From an uncultured Ruminococcus sp. (lineage in GTDB: Bacteria; Bacillota; Clostridia; Oscillospirales; CAG-272): DNA of 64,000 bases. The stretch is from assembly GCA_964621755.1 (NCBI GenBank), contig CAZUPI010000004.1, forward strand, positions 10,821 to 74,820, written 5' to 3'. Below the pieces are notes generated by a model. The model was not told where the DNA came from. It searched no databases and worked only from the letters and a program-made list of their open reading frames with translations. This document shows, one piece after another, positions 45,276 through 54,050 of this stretch (positions are counted from its first letter, which is position 1; every line of letters begins with the position of its first letter). The position numbers and the translations under genes were made by a program.

Positions 45276-46076
45276 ATGAAATTTTCTGCAGCAGGCGGAT
45301 GGTGGGGGCGAGACTGGTATGAAACCGTCGAGCTCGGCGCGAGATACGGCTTTAAGGGCGTGGAACAGCTCAGCTGGCTCGGACTTGACTTCGACCGCGC
45401 GAGAAAAACACTCGAAGAAAACGGTGTAACGTCTACCGCTATCGTAATTCAGTCCGAAAATCCGGAAAATGGCAAGCTTACCGCCTGGGGACATGGCATG
45501 ACATGGGAGGATTCCCGTCAGGCGTTCATCGACTCCTTCAAGGAATCTGTGAAGGCGGCTCATGCGATGAACGTTCCGAATATCATCGCTACCACTGGAA
45601 ACGAGAGATTTGACGTTACACGCGAAGAACAGTTCGATATCTGTGTGGGTACGCTGAAGGAGCTTTCCAAGATTGCCGAAGCGGAAGGCATCATGATTAT
45701 TCTGGAACCTCTGAACGTTCTCGTAAACCACATGGGTTACTTCCTCGTCACAACGGAAGAAGCGGTCCGTATGATTAAAGCGGTTGACAGCCCGAACTGC
45801 AAGATTCTGTTCGATATCTACCATCAGCAGGTCTCTGAAGGAAACGTCATTCGCAACATCACAAACAACATTGACTTGATTGGCCACTTCCATATCGCGG
45901 ATAACCCGGGAAGACAGCAGCCCGGCACCGGCGAACTCAACTATACAAAGATCTTCGAAGCGATCCAGAAGACCGGCTACGACAGATGGCTTGCTTTCGA
46001 ATGCGGCCGTACGGTGGAGGTTCCTGACCTCGTTCGTGACATGCACGTCCTAATAGACCCGTTCTCCGATAAATAA
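45276..46076 (+). CDS. xylose-isomerase-like TIM-barrel protein (hydroxypyruvate isomerase family)
   Basis: 266 aa. Blocks GFKGVE, ILEPLN, GHFHIADNPGR..PGTGELNY and GYDRWLAFE are typical of Hyi/OtnI-like AP_endonuc_2 proteins. The antisense 270-aa ORF is rejected. Confidence 0.75.
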   Translation: MKFSAAGGWWGRDWYETVELGARYGFKGVEQLSWLGLDFDRARKTLEENGVTSTAIVIQSENPENGKLTAWGHGMTWEDSRQAFIDSFKESVKAAHAMNVPNIIATTGNERFDVTREEQFDICVGTLKELSKIAEAEGIMIILEPLNVLVNHMGYFLVTTEEAVRMIKAVDSPNCKILFDIYHQQVSEGNVIRNITNNIDLIGHFHIADNPGRQQPGTGELNYTKIFEAIQKTGYDRWLAFECGRTVEVPDLVRDMHVLIDPFSDK

Positions 46077-46109
46077 AAGCGCTGCATCATCAACTGAATG
46101 TCTATAACA

Positions 46110-46146
46110 ATAACCGGACGCAAGCCCGGTTATGTGTTTTCTTTAA
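46110..46146 (+). terminator. rho-independent terminator
   Basis: ATAACCGG-ACGCAAGC-CCGGTTAT followed by GTGTTTTCTTT. Confidence 0.55.
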
Positions 46147-46227
46147 GACATTGTTTATATTTTATAAATATAAAATTCCATACTGGTTAATTTATTTGGA
46201 GCCCATATATAAATATACATATAAGTA

Positions 46228-48009
46228 ATGAAGAAAATTATTATCATGATTTCAGGACTGGCCGCGGCTTTCCTGCTGGCGGTGTCGGTATCCGCAAATA
46301 CCTATACAGTATCGCCGTACCGCGATACGATCAAAAATTACGATGGCGCTTTTTCCAAAATATATGAGGCCATGACCTCCTTGTCCGAGTTTGTCGACCT
46401 TTCCATGTACAAAATCAGCACGTCGGATATCATACAAATATACAGCGACGTGATCATGTCAAGCCCGGAACTGTTTTACGCGGATAACCGCATCGCGTAT
46501 TTCTATGACCAGCAGGGCAAGGTCACCAAGGTGGAATTTATGTATACGATGTCACAGGAGGAGATAACGGCGGCGTCCGAGACGTACCAGCGGGAGATCG
46601 ACTACATTGTATCGCTGGTGGAACCGACGCTGTCCGAGGCGGAAAAGGCGCTGTTTGTGCACGACTATCTGATAGCCTCTTACTCCTATGACACCGAAGA
46701 AACCAGCTTTGACGCGCTGTCCTTCTTCACAGGCCGCAGCGGCGTTTGTCAGGCGTACTCTCTCGCGTACATGGCGGTGCTTCGGGAACTCGGCATCGAT
46801 GTAGTCATGGTCACAAGCGATGAGATGAATCACGCGTGGAATCTGGTCGAGATCGACGGTCAATGGTACCACGTGGATCTTTCCTTCGACGACCCGTCGC
46901 CGGACAGGCTGGGGCGGGTGCTTCACGAGAATTTTCTGCTCGATGACGACGGAATCAAACAGACTGCCACGCCGCACTACGGTTGGGGAAGCTCTGTGCG
47001 GTGCGGATCCTCGACCTTCCAGAACCGGATTTGGCACGGCGTGACCTCACGGATGATATACCTCGGAGGGCAGTGGTATTACATAGACCCGCAGAGCCTG
47101 TCTCTGGCAGTATCGCAGTTTGACGGCGCGATGCGATCCGATGCGTACCGCTTCCGCGAGAGGTGGTCGACCGTGTACTCGGAAAACGCATACTATGTCG
47201 GCGTATTTTCCGGATTGTCGGAATGCTTGGGCTATTTGTTTGTCAATACTCCTTATGATATCATCATTTACAGCCCGGATAACGGCAGAGCGAACGTGTA
47301 TCTGGAGGGAAACGGAGAGCGGATATTCGGCTCGTCGATTTACAAATACACACTCGAATACTACCTGTCAGAGGTGCCGGATGGAGACACGGGAGTGATC
47401 GAGACGTTCGAAATCACCGGCTTTTCCGAGGAGGACTTCGGAGAACCTCTGCCATTTGACGACGTACTGCGGCTGGACTCGTATTATGCGGCGGTGAAGT
47501 TCGTGTATAGCCGAGGCTTGTTCCAGGGCGTATCGTCGACCAAGTTCGCGCCGGACGCGTATCTGACTCGCGCGATGTTTGTGACGGTGCTCGGCCGCCT
47601 TTGCAATGTGGATGTTTCCCTATATACAAACGTGATGTTTGACGACGTGCAGGATGGGCAGTGGTACAGCCCCTATGTACAGTGGGCGGCGGACGCGGGC
47701 ATCGTCAACGGAATCGGCGGGAACTTGTTCGACCCGATGGGGGAAATCACGCACGAGCAGATGTACAAAATTATCGCGCTGTGCGGAGAATATTTGAATG
47801 CCGGCGTTATGGATACGGAGAACGTGCTGGTGCTGTACGAGGACCGTGAGAAAATTTCCGACTGGGCATTTGACAGTATCGCATACTGCAAGGTCAATTC
47901 TCTGATTGGTGATAAGTTCTCTCAGAAAGTCTATCCCGCGGCGAAGGCAACCCGTGCTGAAACCGCCGATATTATCAGCCGTTTCGCAATCCTGTGCGGA
48001 CAGGCGTAA
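46228..48009 (+). CDS. secreted transglutaminase-like cysteine-protease-fold protein with C-terminal SLH domains
   Basis: Signal peptide. The transglutaminase core reads SGVCQAYSLAYMAVLRELG...NHAWNLVEIDGQWYHVDLSFDD (Cys-His-Asp). Three SLH-like repeats follow (FDDV..YYAAVKFVYSRGLFQG, FDDVQDGQWYSPYVQWAADAGIVNG, ..DWAFDSIAYCKVNSLI). Confidence 0.75.
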   Translation: MKKIIIMISGLAAAFLLAVSVSANTYTVSPYRDTIKNYDGAFSKIYEAMTSLSEFVDLSMYKISTSDIIQIYSDVIMSSPELFYADNRIAYFYDQQGKVTKVEFMYTMSQEEITAASETYQREIDYIVSLVEPTLSEAEKALFVHDYLIASYSYDTEETSFDALSFFTGRSGVCQAYSLAYMAVLRELGIDVVMVTSDEMNHAWNLVEIDGQWYHVDLSFDDPSPDRLGRVLHENFLLDDDGIKQTATPHYGWGSSVRCGSSTFQNRIWHGVTSRMIYLGGQWYYIDPQSLSLAVSQFDGAMRSDAYRFRERWSTVYSENAYYVGVFSGLSECLGYLFVNTPYDIIIYSPDNGRANVYLEGNGERIFGSSIYKYTLEYYLSEVPDGDTGVIETFEITGFSEEDFGEPLPFDDVLRLDSYYAAVKFVYSRGLFQGVSSTKFAPDAYLTRAMFVTVLGRLCNVDVSLYTNVMFDDVQDGQWYSPYVQWAADAGIVNGIGGNLFDPMGEITHEQMYKIIALCGEYLNAGVMDTENVLVLYEDREKISDWAFDSIAYCKVNSLIGDKFSQKVYPAAKATRAETADIISRFAILCGQA

Positions 48010-48047
48010 GGAACCGTAAAAAGTGATAAATTTACAGAGGTAAGGCA

Positions 48048-49307
48048 TTGAAGCTTGTTAAAAAAATATCGATTTTTATATCATTTTTGCTAATGCTTCA
48101 GGTGATGACGGCATGTGCCGCGCCGGAAGCAGACGTGCCATCTGATGAGAGCGATACCGCGTCTGCGGAGGCGGACTCATCCAGAAGCAACCATGAGATT
48201 CTCAGCGATTATGAAAAGATTGAAATTTCCGGAGAACACGACGTGCGAATCCTGTTTGTCAACGCGGGGCGTGCGGATTCCATCATCATCGAGGCGGACG
48301 GGCTGTATTACGTGATTGATACGGGGGAGGTCACCTCGGTACCGAAAATCAACGCCGCGCTGGAGTATATGGATGTGGACAAAATCGAGGCGGTATTTCT
48401 GACGCATTCCGACGACGACCATGTCAGCGGTCTCTCAACGCTGTCAGAACTGTGGGATATCGGCGCGTGCTACACGGCGGCTATCGCAATTGAGATGACG
48501 AAAATCCAGAATATCATAGCGCGGTCCTCCCTAGAGCAGACCATGCTGGAACCGGGTTCCGTTGTCGAGGTGTCGGAGGGGTTGTATTTTGAAGTGCTCG
48601 GTCCGATAGAGTACAATCCCCTTGAAGACAACGACAACTCGTTGGTGCTTCGCATGACGGTAAACGGTGTGACGATACTCTTTGCCGGAGATATGCAGTA
48701 TGACGAAGAAAAAACGCTGATGCGCGCCGGATACGACCTGCGGTGCGATATCCTGAAGGTGGGAAATCACGGCAATAAGGATGCGACCTCCGTATCCTTC
48801 CTGGCGGAAACGTCGCCGGATTACGCAATCATCATCACAGACCGCTCGGTCGACAGCGGTACCGCACACAAAAGCGTGCAAAAGGGACTCAAAGATATAG
48901 GCGCAGAAATATACATCACAGACGAATACGACATCGGCCTCCTCGTCAAAATCTCACACAGCGGAAAAATCAGTTTCGACAATGCCAAAGTCAAGGACGA
49001 GGGAAGCGACGTGGCCTTTGTCTCAATATCCAAAACCGACCAGGCAGCTGTCATCAAAAATTACGGTGATACAGAAGTCGACCTGTCGCGCTGGTTCCTG
49101 ATATCCGAGCGCGGCGGCGAAATATTCATATTCCCCGACGGCGCGGTCATCGCCCCCGGCGCGGAAATCACAGTCGCCTGCACCAGCTACAGAAGTACCA
49201 AAGACTATATATGGAGCGGTGCGAGTGTCTGGAACAAAAGCAAAGACGACCTCGGAATTCTGGTGAATCGCTGTGGGAATATTGTTGATGAGATGGAGAG
49301 TGAGTGA
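48048..49307 (+). CDS. lipoprotein with ComEC-C-terminal-like MBL-fold hydrolase domain and lamin-tail (LTD)-like C-terminal domain
   Basis: TTG start with GAGG 8 nt upstream. Lipobox LQVMTACA. MBL blocks VNAGRADSIIIE, FLTHSDDDHVSG and KVGNHGNKD. The C-terminal part reads VIKNYGDTEVDLSRWFLISERGGEIFIFPDGAVIAPGAEITV. Confidence 0.65.
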   Translation: MKLVKKISIFISFLLMLQVMTACAAPEADVPSDESDTASAEADSSRSNHEILSDYEKIEISGEHDVRILFVNAGRADSIIIEADGLYYVIDTGEVTSVPKINAALEYMDVDKIEAVFLTHSDDDHVSGLSTLSELWDIGACYTAAIAIEMTKIQNIIARSSLEQTMLEPGSVVEVSEGLYFEVLGPIEYNPLEDNDNSLVLRMTVNGVTILFAGDMQYDEEKTLMRAGYDLRCDILKVGNHGNKDATSVSFLAETSPDYAIIITDRSVDSGTAHKSVQKGLKDIGAEIYITDEYDIGLLVKISHSGKISFDNAKVKDEGSDVAFVSISKTDQAAVIKNYGDTEVDLSRWFLISERGGEIFIFPDGAVIAPGAEITVACTSYRSTKDYIWSGASVWNKSKDDLGILVNRCGNIVDEMESE

Positions 49308-49320
49308 TTGGGGGATGCAG

Positions 49321-49348
49321 TGGGGGTACTTTTTCAAAAGTACCCCCA
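49321..49348. repeat. palindromic hairpin (family member R12)
   Basis: TGGGGGTACTTTT-TC-AAAAGTACCCCCA, a perfect 13-bp stem, between convergent stops at 49307 and 49359. Confidence 0.8.
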
Positions 49349-49358
49349 ACGTTTTCCC

Positions 49359-50267
49359 CTATGCCCCCACCATCACCTCATAAATCACATCCGCAATCAA
49401 AGCATGACCGATTTTGTTGGGATGGGGGTCAATGGCGGACAGGTCGAAGGTATCGCCGGAGTCTACGGGGGAGGCATTAATCAGGCGTGCGGCTTTGCCG
49501 TCGAAAGCGGTGTATACGTCAGCGATTTGATAGCCGCATTCATCGGACAGCGAGCGGATGATGTCGTCCATTTGGGAGACGCAGGTGTCGGATAGGGCAG
49601 CGAAGTCAATTGTCATGAGTCCGCCCCAATCGAGCGTGATTTTGACTGCGCCGTAGGGATTGTAGCATGTCATGAAAAGGATTTCGCAGTCCTCGTTGTA
49701 GGAGCGGATTTTGTCTATCAGTATTGGAATGTCGGTTTGCAGGTCATCCAGTCCTGCGACGATGCTTTCGTTGAATTCTTTGAATTTTGCTGTGATGTCG
49801 TCGCTGGTGAAGGAGGTGGACGGATTGGTCTTGAAGTCGTTGTAGTCTCGGATGAAAGAGGTCGCGCTGTATAAAATGTTGTTCGCGCCTATGCTTATGG
49901 AAACATAGTCTGCGGCGGCGAGCTTTTCGGCAATTTGTTCGTTTGCGTCGATATAGGAAATCAAACCGCCGCTCTTTTGCCCGTCTACGCCGAAGTTGCA
50001 CGCCTCACAGAGGATGCCGTCACTTTCGAATTTGTCCGCGATGACCGCTGTGTAGGCTTCAGCGCTCATATTTTCAAGCCCGTATCCGTGTGCGATCGAG
50101 TCGCCAAGAGAAACGTATACAACGCTCTCTGACTCTGAATCGATGTCCGCCGGAATTTCGGTCTCTTCTGCAATCTCCGGTTCTGCTTCGGGCGTATCGT
50201 CTTCGGCACATCCGCTTGCCGCCAAAAGAGTGCAGGCCAGAAGAAGGCATCCGATTATTCTATTCAT
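49359..50267 (-). CDS. SGNH/GDSL-family hydrolase lipoprotein
   Basis: Start moved to ATG 50267. Lipobox LLAASGCA. Block I YVSLGDSIAHGYG, and block V DPHPNKIGH near the C-terminus. Confidence 0.75.
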   Translation of the reverse strand: MNRIIGCLLLACTLLAASGCAEDDTPEAEPEIAEETEIPADIDSESESVVYVSLGDSIAHGYGLENMSAEAYTAVIADKFESDGILCEACNFGVDGQKSGGLISYIDANEQIAEKLAAADYVSISIGANNILYSATSFIRDYNDFKTNPSTSFTSDDITAKFKEFNESIVAGLDDLQTDIPILIDKIRSYNEDCEILFMTCYNPYGAVKITLDWGGLMTIDFAALSDTCVSQMDDIIRSLSDECGYQIADVYTAFDGKAARLINASPVDSGDTFDLSAIDPHPNKIGHALIADVIYEVMVGA

Positions 50268-50287
50268 TTTTATCTTCACGACACACC

Positions 50288-52180
50288 TCATTCTTCGATT
50301 ATAAAATATACGTGGTACGGCTCGCCATGGATTTCGTACAGCGGACGGAACGAGAATCCACCGACGCGCAGTGTGATTCTTCCATCCGTTTCGGCTGCCG
50401 TTACGGCTGCCGGAATGGCGGGAAGGCGCAGATATTCATTCTCTTTGCCGCACGCCGCCATGACAAACGGGCCGTATAGAACCGCTGCCACTTTCATGAC
50501 CGGCGTTTTGTCAAGGGATTCTGCGGTCGCATCAGGCTTTTGGTCGCCGTGATAGTGTGTATTTTTATTCACCATATACGCGTCATATTCGCTGAGCAGG
50601 TCAGGCAGATGTTCAAGACGCGCCGCGTAGGTGAACCTGACGTCAATGACTAAGGACGCGCCGCCCTTGCATTGAACGATCGCATAGCGCCCGCAGGCGT
50701 CCGGGACCGTCCCATCCGTTTGAAAGGGATTTCCCTCCTGCCATGCCGGAATCCGCAGCTTTACTGTCAGGTCCCGTGCACTTGTAATTTCAATCTTTCC
50801 ATAGGGCGCAGGGAATTTCATGTCCATCTTTACGGAGATTCCCTCCATGCGCAAGGTCGAGGGGATGTATTGGTTCACATAAACGGCGTCACCGTCAAGG
50901 AAGTAGATGCAGTCCCCATATTTCACATGGTTTTCCATTCCCGTTCCGTGACAGCAGGTAAAGCTGTGGTAGTCGTCCGTATAGTTCTTTTCCACTCCCG
51001 GACCAATCGGCAGCATATAGGTGACCCCGTTTGTCATATTCTCTGTGACTGCCGGATTCCGCGACGCCAGAATGTGATTTATCAGCCCGCGCTCGATATA
51101 ATCCATATATTCCGCGGTATTCGGCGCATAGGAATACAATTCTCTTGCAATTTTTATCATATTATAAGTCGCGCAGGTCTCGCAGTTGGTGTCCCCTTTG
51201 ATGAAATGCGCCTGCATGTCCGGTTCACGGAAACATTCGCCCTGACCGACTCCGCCGATTGCATACATATGATGCGCGGTCACGATATCAAAGAAGTTTT
51301 TTGCTGCGCGAAGGTAGGACTCCTCCCCGGAGGCGCGATATTCAAGCAGCGCACCCATGATTTGCGGAATATGCTGATTGGCGTGAAGATTTTTTATCGT
51401 ATCGACGCCGTCGGCCAGTCCAGGGAAAATATTTGCGTTGTCAAACATCGCCGCCCCTTCGAGAAACGTCCTGTCTCCCGTAAGAAGCGCAAGTCTCGCA
51501 AGGGATTCGTTCATGCCGCCATATTCTCCGGCGATATACATCTTCCACATCTTCGCACGATGCTCCGCTGTAAGCGGGGACAAACGACCGCATACCCAGC
51601 GTCCGATTCCGATGGCTGCGTCCAGCGCGGGCTCGCTTCCTGCCCGTTCATACGCCTCGATAAACCCAGCAAGCAACTTATGCAGCGTGTAATACGGCGC
51701 CCAGATTTTCGCATACGGTGTGAACTGCTCGAGCAGCGCAAACTGGTCGGGGGAGTACGCGGACAGAAATCCTTCGCCCCACGTGTCCGGATTCCGGCTC
51801 CATTTGGATTGACCGCAGTCGTCGGGGGTGCATGCGGTCACAAAATCCTGCGGCGCACCGTGGGATTTCAGCTGTAATTTCCGCAGTTCTCCTACCATAT
51901 AGTCGAGCTTGTCCTTGTAGATTTTGCCGTTTGTCGCACTGTATGCCAATGACAGCGCGGAAATGAAGTGCCCGGTGGAATGGCCGCGCAGCAGTCCGTC
52001 CGGGGAATCCCATCCGTAAATGGGCTCGCAGTCGGGCGTTTCGCCGAAGGCACGGCGGAAGTTGTACAGCATACGGTCACAATCCAGTGACGCTAAATAT
52101 TTGAGGTCCCCCGCAAAATTTGTGGAGAACGCGTTATCACCTTCGATGGTGACGGCGGAAAGGGGAGGATAATATTTCAT
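50288..52180 (-). CDS. GH127-like (DUF1680, beta-L-arabinofuranosidase family) glycoside hydrolase
   Basis: 630 aa with no signal peptide. The N-terminal blocks (..YLASLDCDRMLYNFRRAFG.., LRGHSTGHFISALSLAY) and the Cys-rich region HSFTCCHGTGMEN resemble the HypBA1 family. Confidence 0.7.
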   Translation of the reverse strand: MKYYPPLSAVTIEGDNAFSTNFAGDLKYLASLDCDRMLYNFRRAFGETPDCEPIYGWDSPDGLLRGHSTGHFISALSLAYSATNGKIYKDKLDYMVGELRKLQLKSHGAPQDFVTACTPDDCGQSKWSRNPDTWGEGFLSAYSPDQFALLEQFTPYAKIWAPYYTLHKLLAGFIEAYERAGSEPALDAAIGIGRWVCGRLSPLTAEHRAKMWKMYIAGEYGGMNESLARLALLTGDRTFLEGAAMFDNANIFPGLADGVDTIKNLHANQHIPQIMGALLEYRASGEESYLRAAKNFFDIVTAHHMYAIGGVGQGECFREPDMQAHFIKGDTNCETCATYNMIKIARELYSYAPNTAEYMDYIERGLINHILASRNPAVTENMTNGVTYMLPIGPGVEKNYTDDYHSFTCCHGTGMENHVKYGDCIYFLDGDAVYVNQYIPSTLRMEGISVKMDMKFPAPYGKIEITSARDLTVKLRIPAWQEGNPFQTDGTVPDACGRYAIVQCKGGASLVIDVRFTYAARLEHLPDLLSEYDAYMVNKNTHYHGDQKPDATAESLDKTPVMKVAAVLYGPFVMAACGKENEYLRLPAIPAAVTAAETDGRITLRVGGFSFRPLYEIHGEPYHVYFIIEE

Positions 52181-52279
52181 TGCACGCTCCTTTCAGATTA
52201 CAATCTTGAATAGAAAAATTATACCATAAGTCAGGGAGATTGTAAAGAGAGGGCTTGACAGGGAAACGTGCGAATGATA

Positions 52280-52308
52280 TTGACTTTATTTCCCGCGTGT
52301 GATAAAAT
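52280..52308 (+). promoter_or_regulatory. sigma-A type promoter with extended -10 (TTGACT-17-TGA-TAAAAT)
   Basis: TTGACT at 52280-52285, a 17-nt spacer ending in TGA, and TAAAAT at 52303-52308. Confidence 0.55.
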
Positions 52309-52407
52309 GAGACACAAGAAACCGCAGATTCTGCGGAAATTGCAAGTTCTGAATTCAAAGTAAGGAGGGTATCTGTTCTGAAAACTTCTGATAAAAAGGG
52401 GACGTTT

Positions 52408-53946
52408 TTGCAGGGAGCGTTCATCCTCACGATTTCTACCGCGTTCGTGAAGCTGGCCGGACTCCTGTTCACCATCCCGATTGCCAATATGCTGCACGGC
52501 GACGGTATGGGTTATTTTTATGCCGCGTACGATATTTATAATATGCTTGCCGTCCTCGCCTCCGCCGGACTTCCGGTGGCCGTGTCGAGAATGGTCAGTG
52601 AAACACTCGTCTCCGGCAATACCGCCGAAGCGGACCGCATCTATAAAGTCTCCGTCCGGATTTTCACCATCATTGGCGCAGTCATCGCCGCCGTCATGTT
52701 CTTCGGCGCGGACCTCCTCGCCGCACTTATCAAAAATCCGAACGCCGGTATGTCCATCCGCGCTCTGTCCGTCACCGCGTTCTGCGCATTCGTGATGTCC
52801 GCCCTCCGCGGCTACTTCCAGGGACATTCCATTATGAAGTATACCGCCGTGTCGCAGGTCATCGAGGCGTTTGCCAAGCTCGTCCTCGGCTGCCTGCTCG
52901 CTTATGTGCTTCTTAAAACCGAATATGAATATATAGGCGGCTCTGCAGGCGCGATTCTCGGCGTGTCCATCGGCGCAGCGCTGGCGGTCTTATACCTGCT
53001 GTTCAATAAGAAACGTATGGACAAGGCCCAAACTCTCTGCGATATGCCCGTGCGTGCCGATAAGGTCATTATCAAGGAACTGTTCAAAATCGCGATTCCC
53101 GTATCCCTCGGCGCATCGGTCATGAGCCTTGTTAACCTCATCGATACGACCGTCATCATGCGCATTCTGCAGGACGGGCTCGGCTATTCTTACGAGCGCG
53201 CAAACTGGCTGTACGGCGTCTTCGGCAACGCAAAAAAGATATTCAATTTTCCCTCTGCGTTTATTGTGCCGTTTTCCGTGAGCATTCTCCCCGTTCTGAC
53301 CGCCGCGTATACCGTGCGCGATAAAGAAGGTGTGCGCAGCAATATGGTGACCTGCTTCAAATACGCCCTCCTGCTCGCTCTTCCGGCAGGGATTGGCATC
53401 TCAGTTCTCTCCGCGCCGATTATGCACATCATCTACTTCAATACGCCCGAGGAGGCGACCGCCGGAACCCCCCTTCTCGCGGTCTACGGTATCGCAGTCA
53501 TCCTGTACGCAGTCGTATCCATCAGCGGCGCTATTCTGCAAGCCTTTGGACACGTGAATCTGCCGCTTATCAGCCTCACAGTCGGCGGGGTCGTAAAATG
53601 TGTGCTCAACGCGGTACTCGTCGGCTTTGCATCTATTAATATCATGGGTGCACCGATTGCAACCTGCGTTTGTTACGTCGTCATGATTGTCATGAACCTC
53701 GTCTTCCTGCGCCCGTACCTGACAGGCTGCACTGCAATTATCGGCAACACGCTGAAAACAGCGGCTGCTTCCCTCATTATGGGCGCCTTTGCTTATTTTG
53801 CATATTCTATCCTTTCCAACCTTCTCGGCATCCGAATCGGCGGCCTTATCGCCATCTGCTGCTCCGTCTTTGTCTACGCCGCCATGATTCTCGTCTTCCG
53901 CGTCGTCACTTTCCGCGAATTGAAATCCATGCTTTCCCGAGGTTGA
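52408..53946 (+). CDS. MOP-superfamily flippase (SpoVB/MurJ-like polysaccharide biosynthesis protein)
   Basis: Polytopic protein of 512 aa or more. The N-terminus (LQGAFILTISTAFVKLAGLLFTIPIANML) is typical of SpoVB-type proteins. The TTG 52408 start has no RBS. An in-frame CTG at 52378 sits 8 nt after AAGGAGGG, so the true start may be 52378. Confidence 0.75.
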   Translation: MQGAFILTISTAFVKLAGLLFTIPIANMLHGDGMGYFYAAYDIYNMLAVLASAGLPVAVSRMVSETLVSGNTAEADRIYKVSVRIFTIIGAVIAAVMFFGADLLAALIKNPNAGMSIRALSVTAFCAFVMSALRGYFQGHSIMKYTAVSQVIEAFAKLVLGCLLAYVLLKTEYEYIGGSAGAILGVSIGAALAVLYLLFNKKRMDKAQTLCDMPVRADKVIIKELFKIAIPVSLGASVMSLVNLIDTTVIMRILQDGLGYSYERANWLYGVFGNAKKIFNFPSAFIVPFSVSILPVLTAAYTVRDKEGVRSNMVTCFKYALLLALPAGIGISVLSAPIMHIIYFNTPEEATAGTPLLAVYGIAVILYAVVSISGAILQAFGHVNLPLISLTVGGVVKCVLNAVLVGFASINIMGAPIATCVCYVVMIVMNLVFLRPYLTGCTAIIGNTLKTAAASLIMGAFAYFAYSILSNLLGIRIGGLIAICCSVFVYAAMILVFRVVTFRELKSMLSRG

Positions 53947-53955
53947 AAAGCCCCC

Positions 53956-54014
53956 TGCCCAAAAGTTTTTGAGGTGGGATTGGAGGGGAACTTTTTGAAG
54001 AAAAGTTCCTTCCC
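53956..54014. repeat. repeat block: 23-nt arm TGCCCAAAAGTTTTTGAGGTGGG plus imperfect family hairpin R13
   Basis: The arm at 53956-53978 recurs inverted at 55844-55867. Hairpin GGAGGGGAACTTTTTGAAGAAAAGTTCCTTCCC lies at 53982-54014. Confidence 0.7.
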
Positions 54015-54050
54015 AACTATCTTGACTTGATAAAATATTGGAGGTAATAT

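Noticed and set aside
45234-46046. 270-aa minus-strand ORF overlapping the TIM-barrel gene
   Set aside because: The plus-strand product has clear xylose-isomerase-like/Hyi family blocks, a promoter and a terminator. The minus-strand translation has no family features.
50672-51877. 401-aa plus-strand ORF
   Set aside because: It is antisense to the GH127-like gene, Arg/His-rich with no motifs. The minus-strand product is full-length and family-like.
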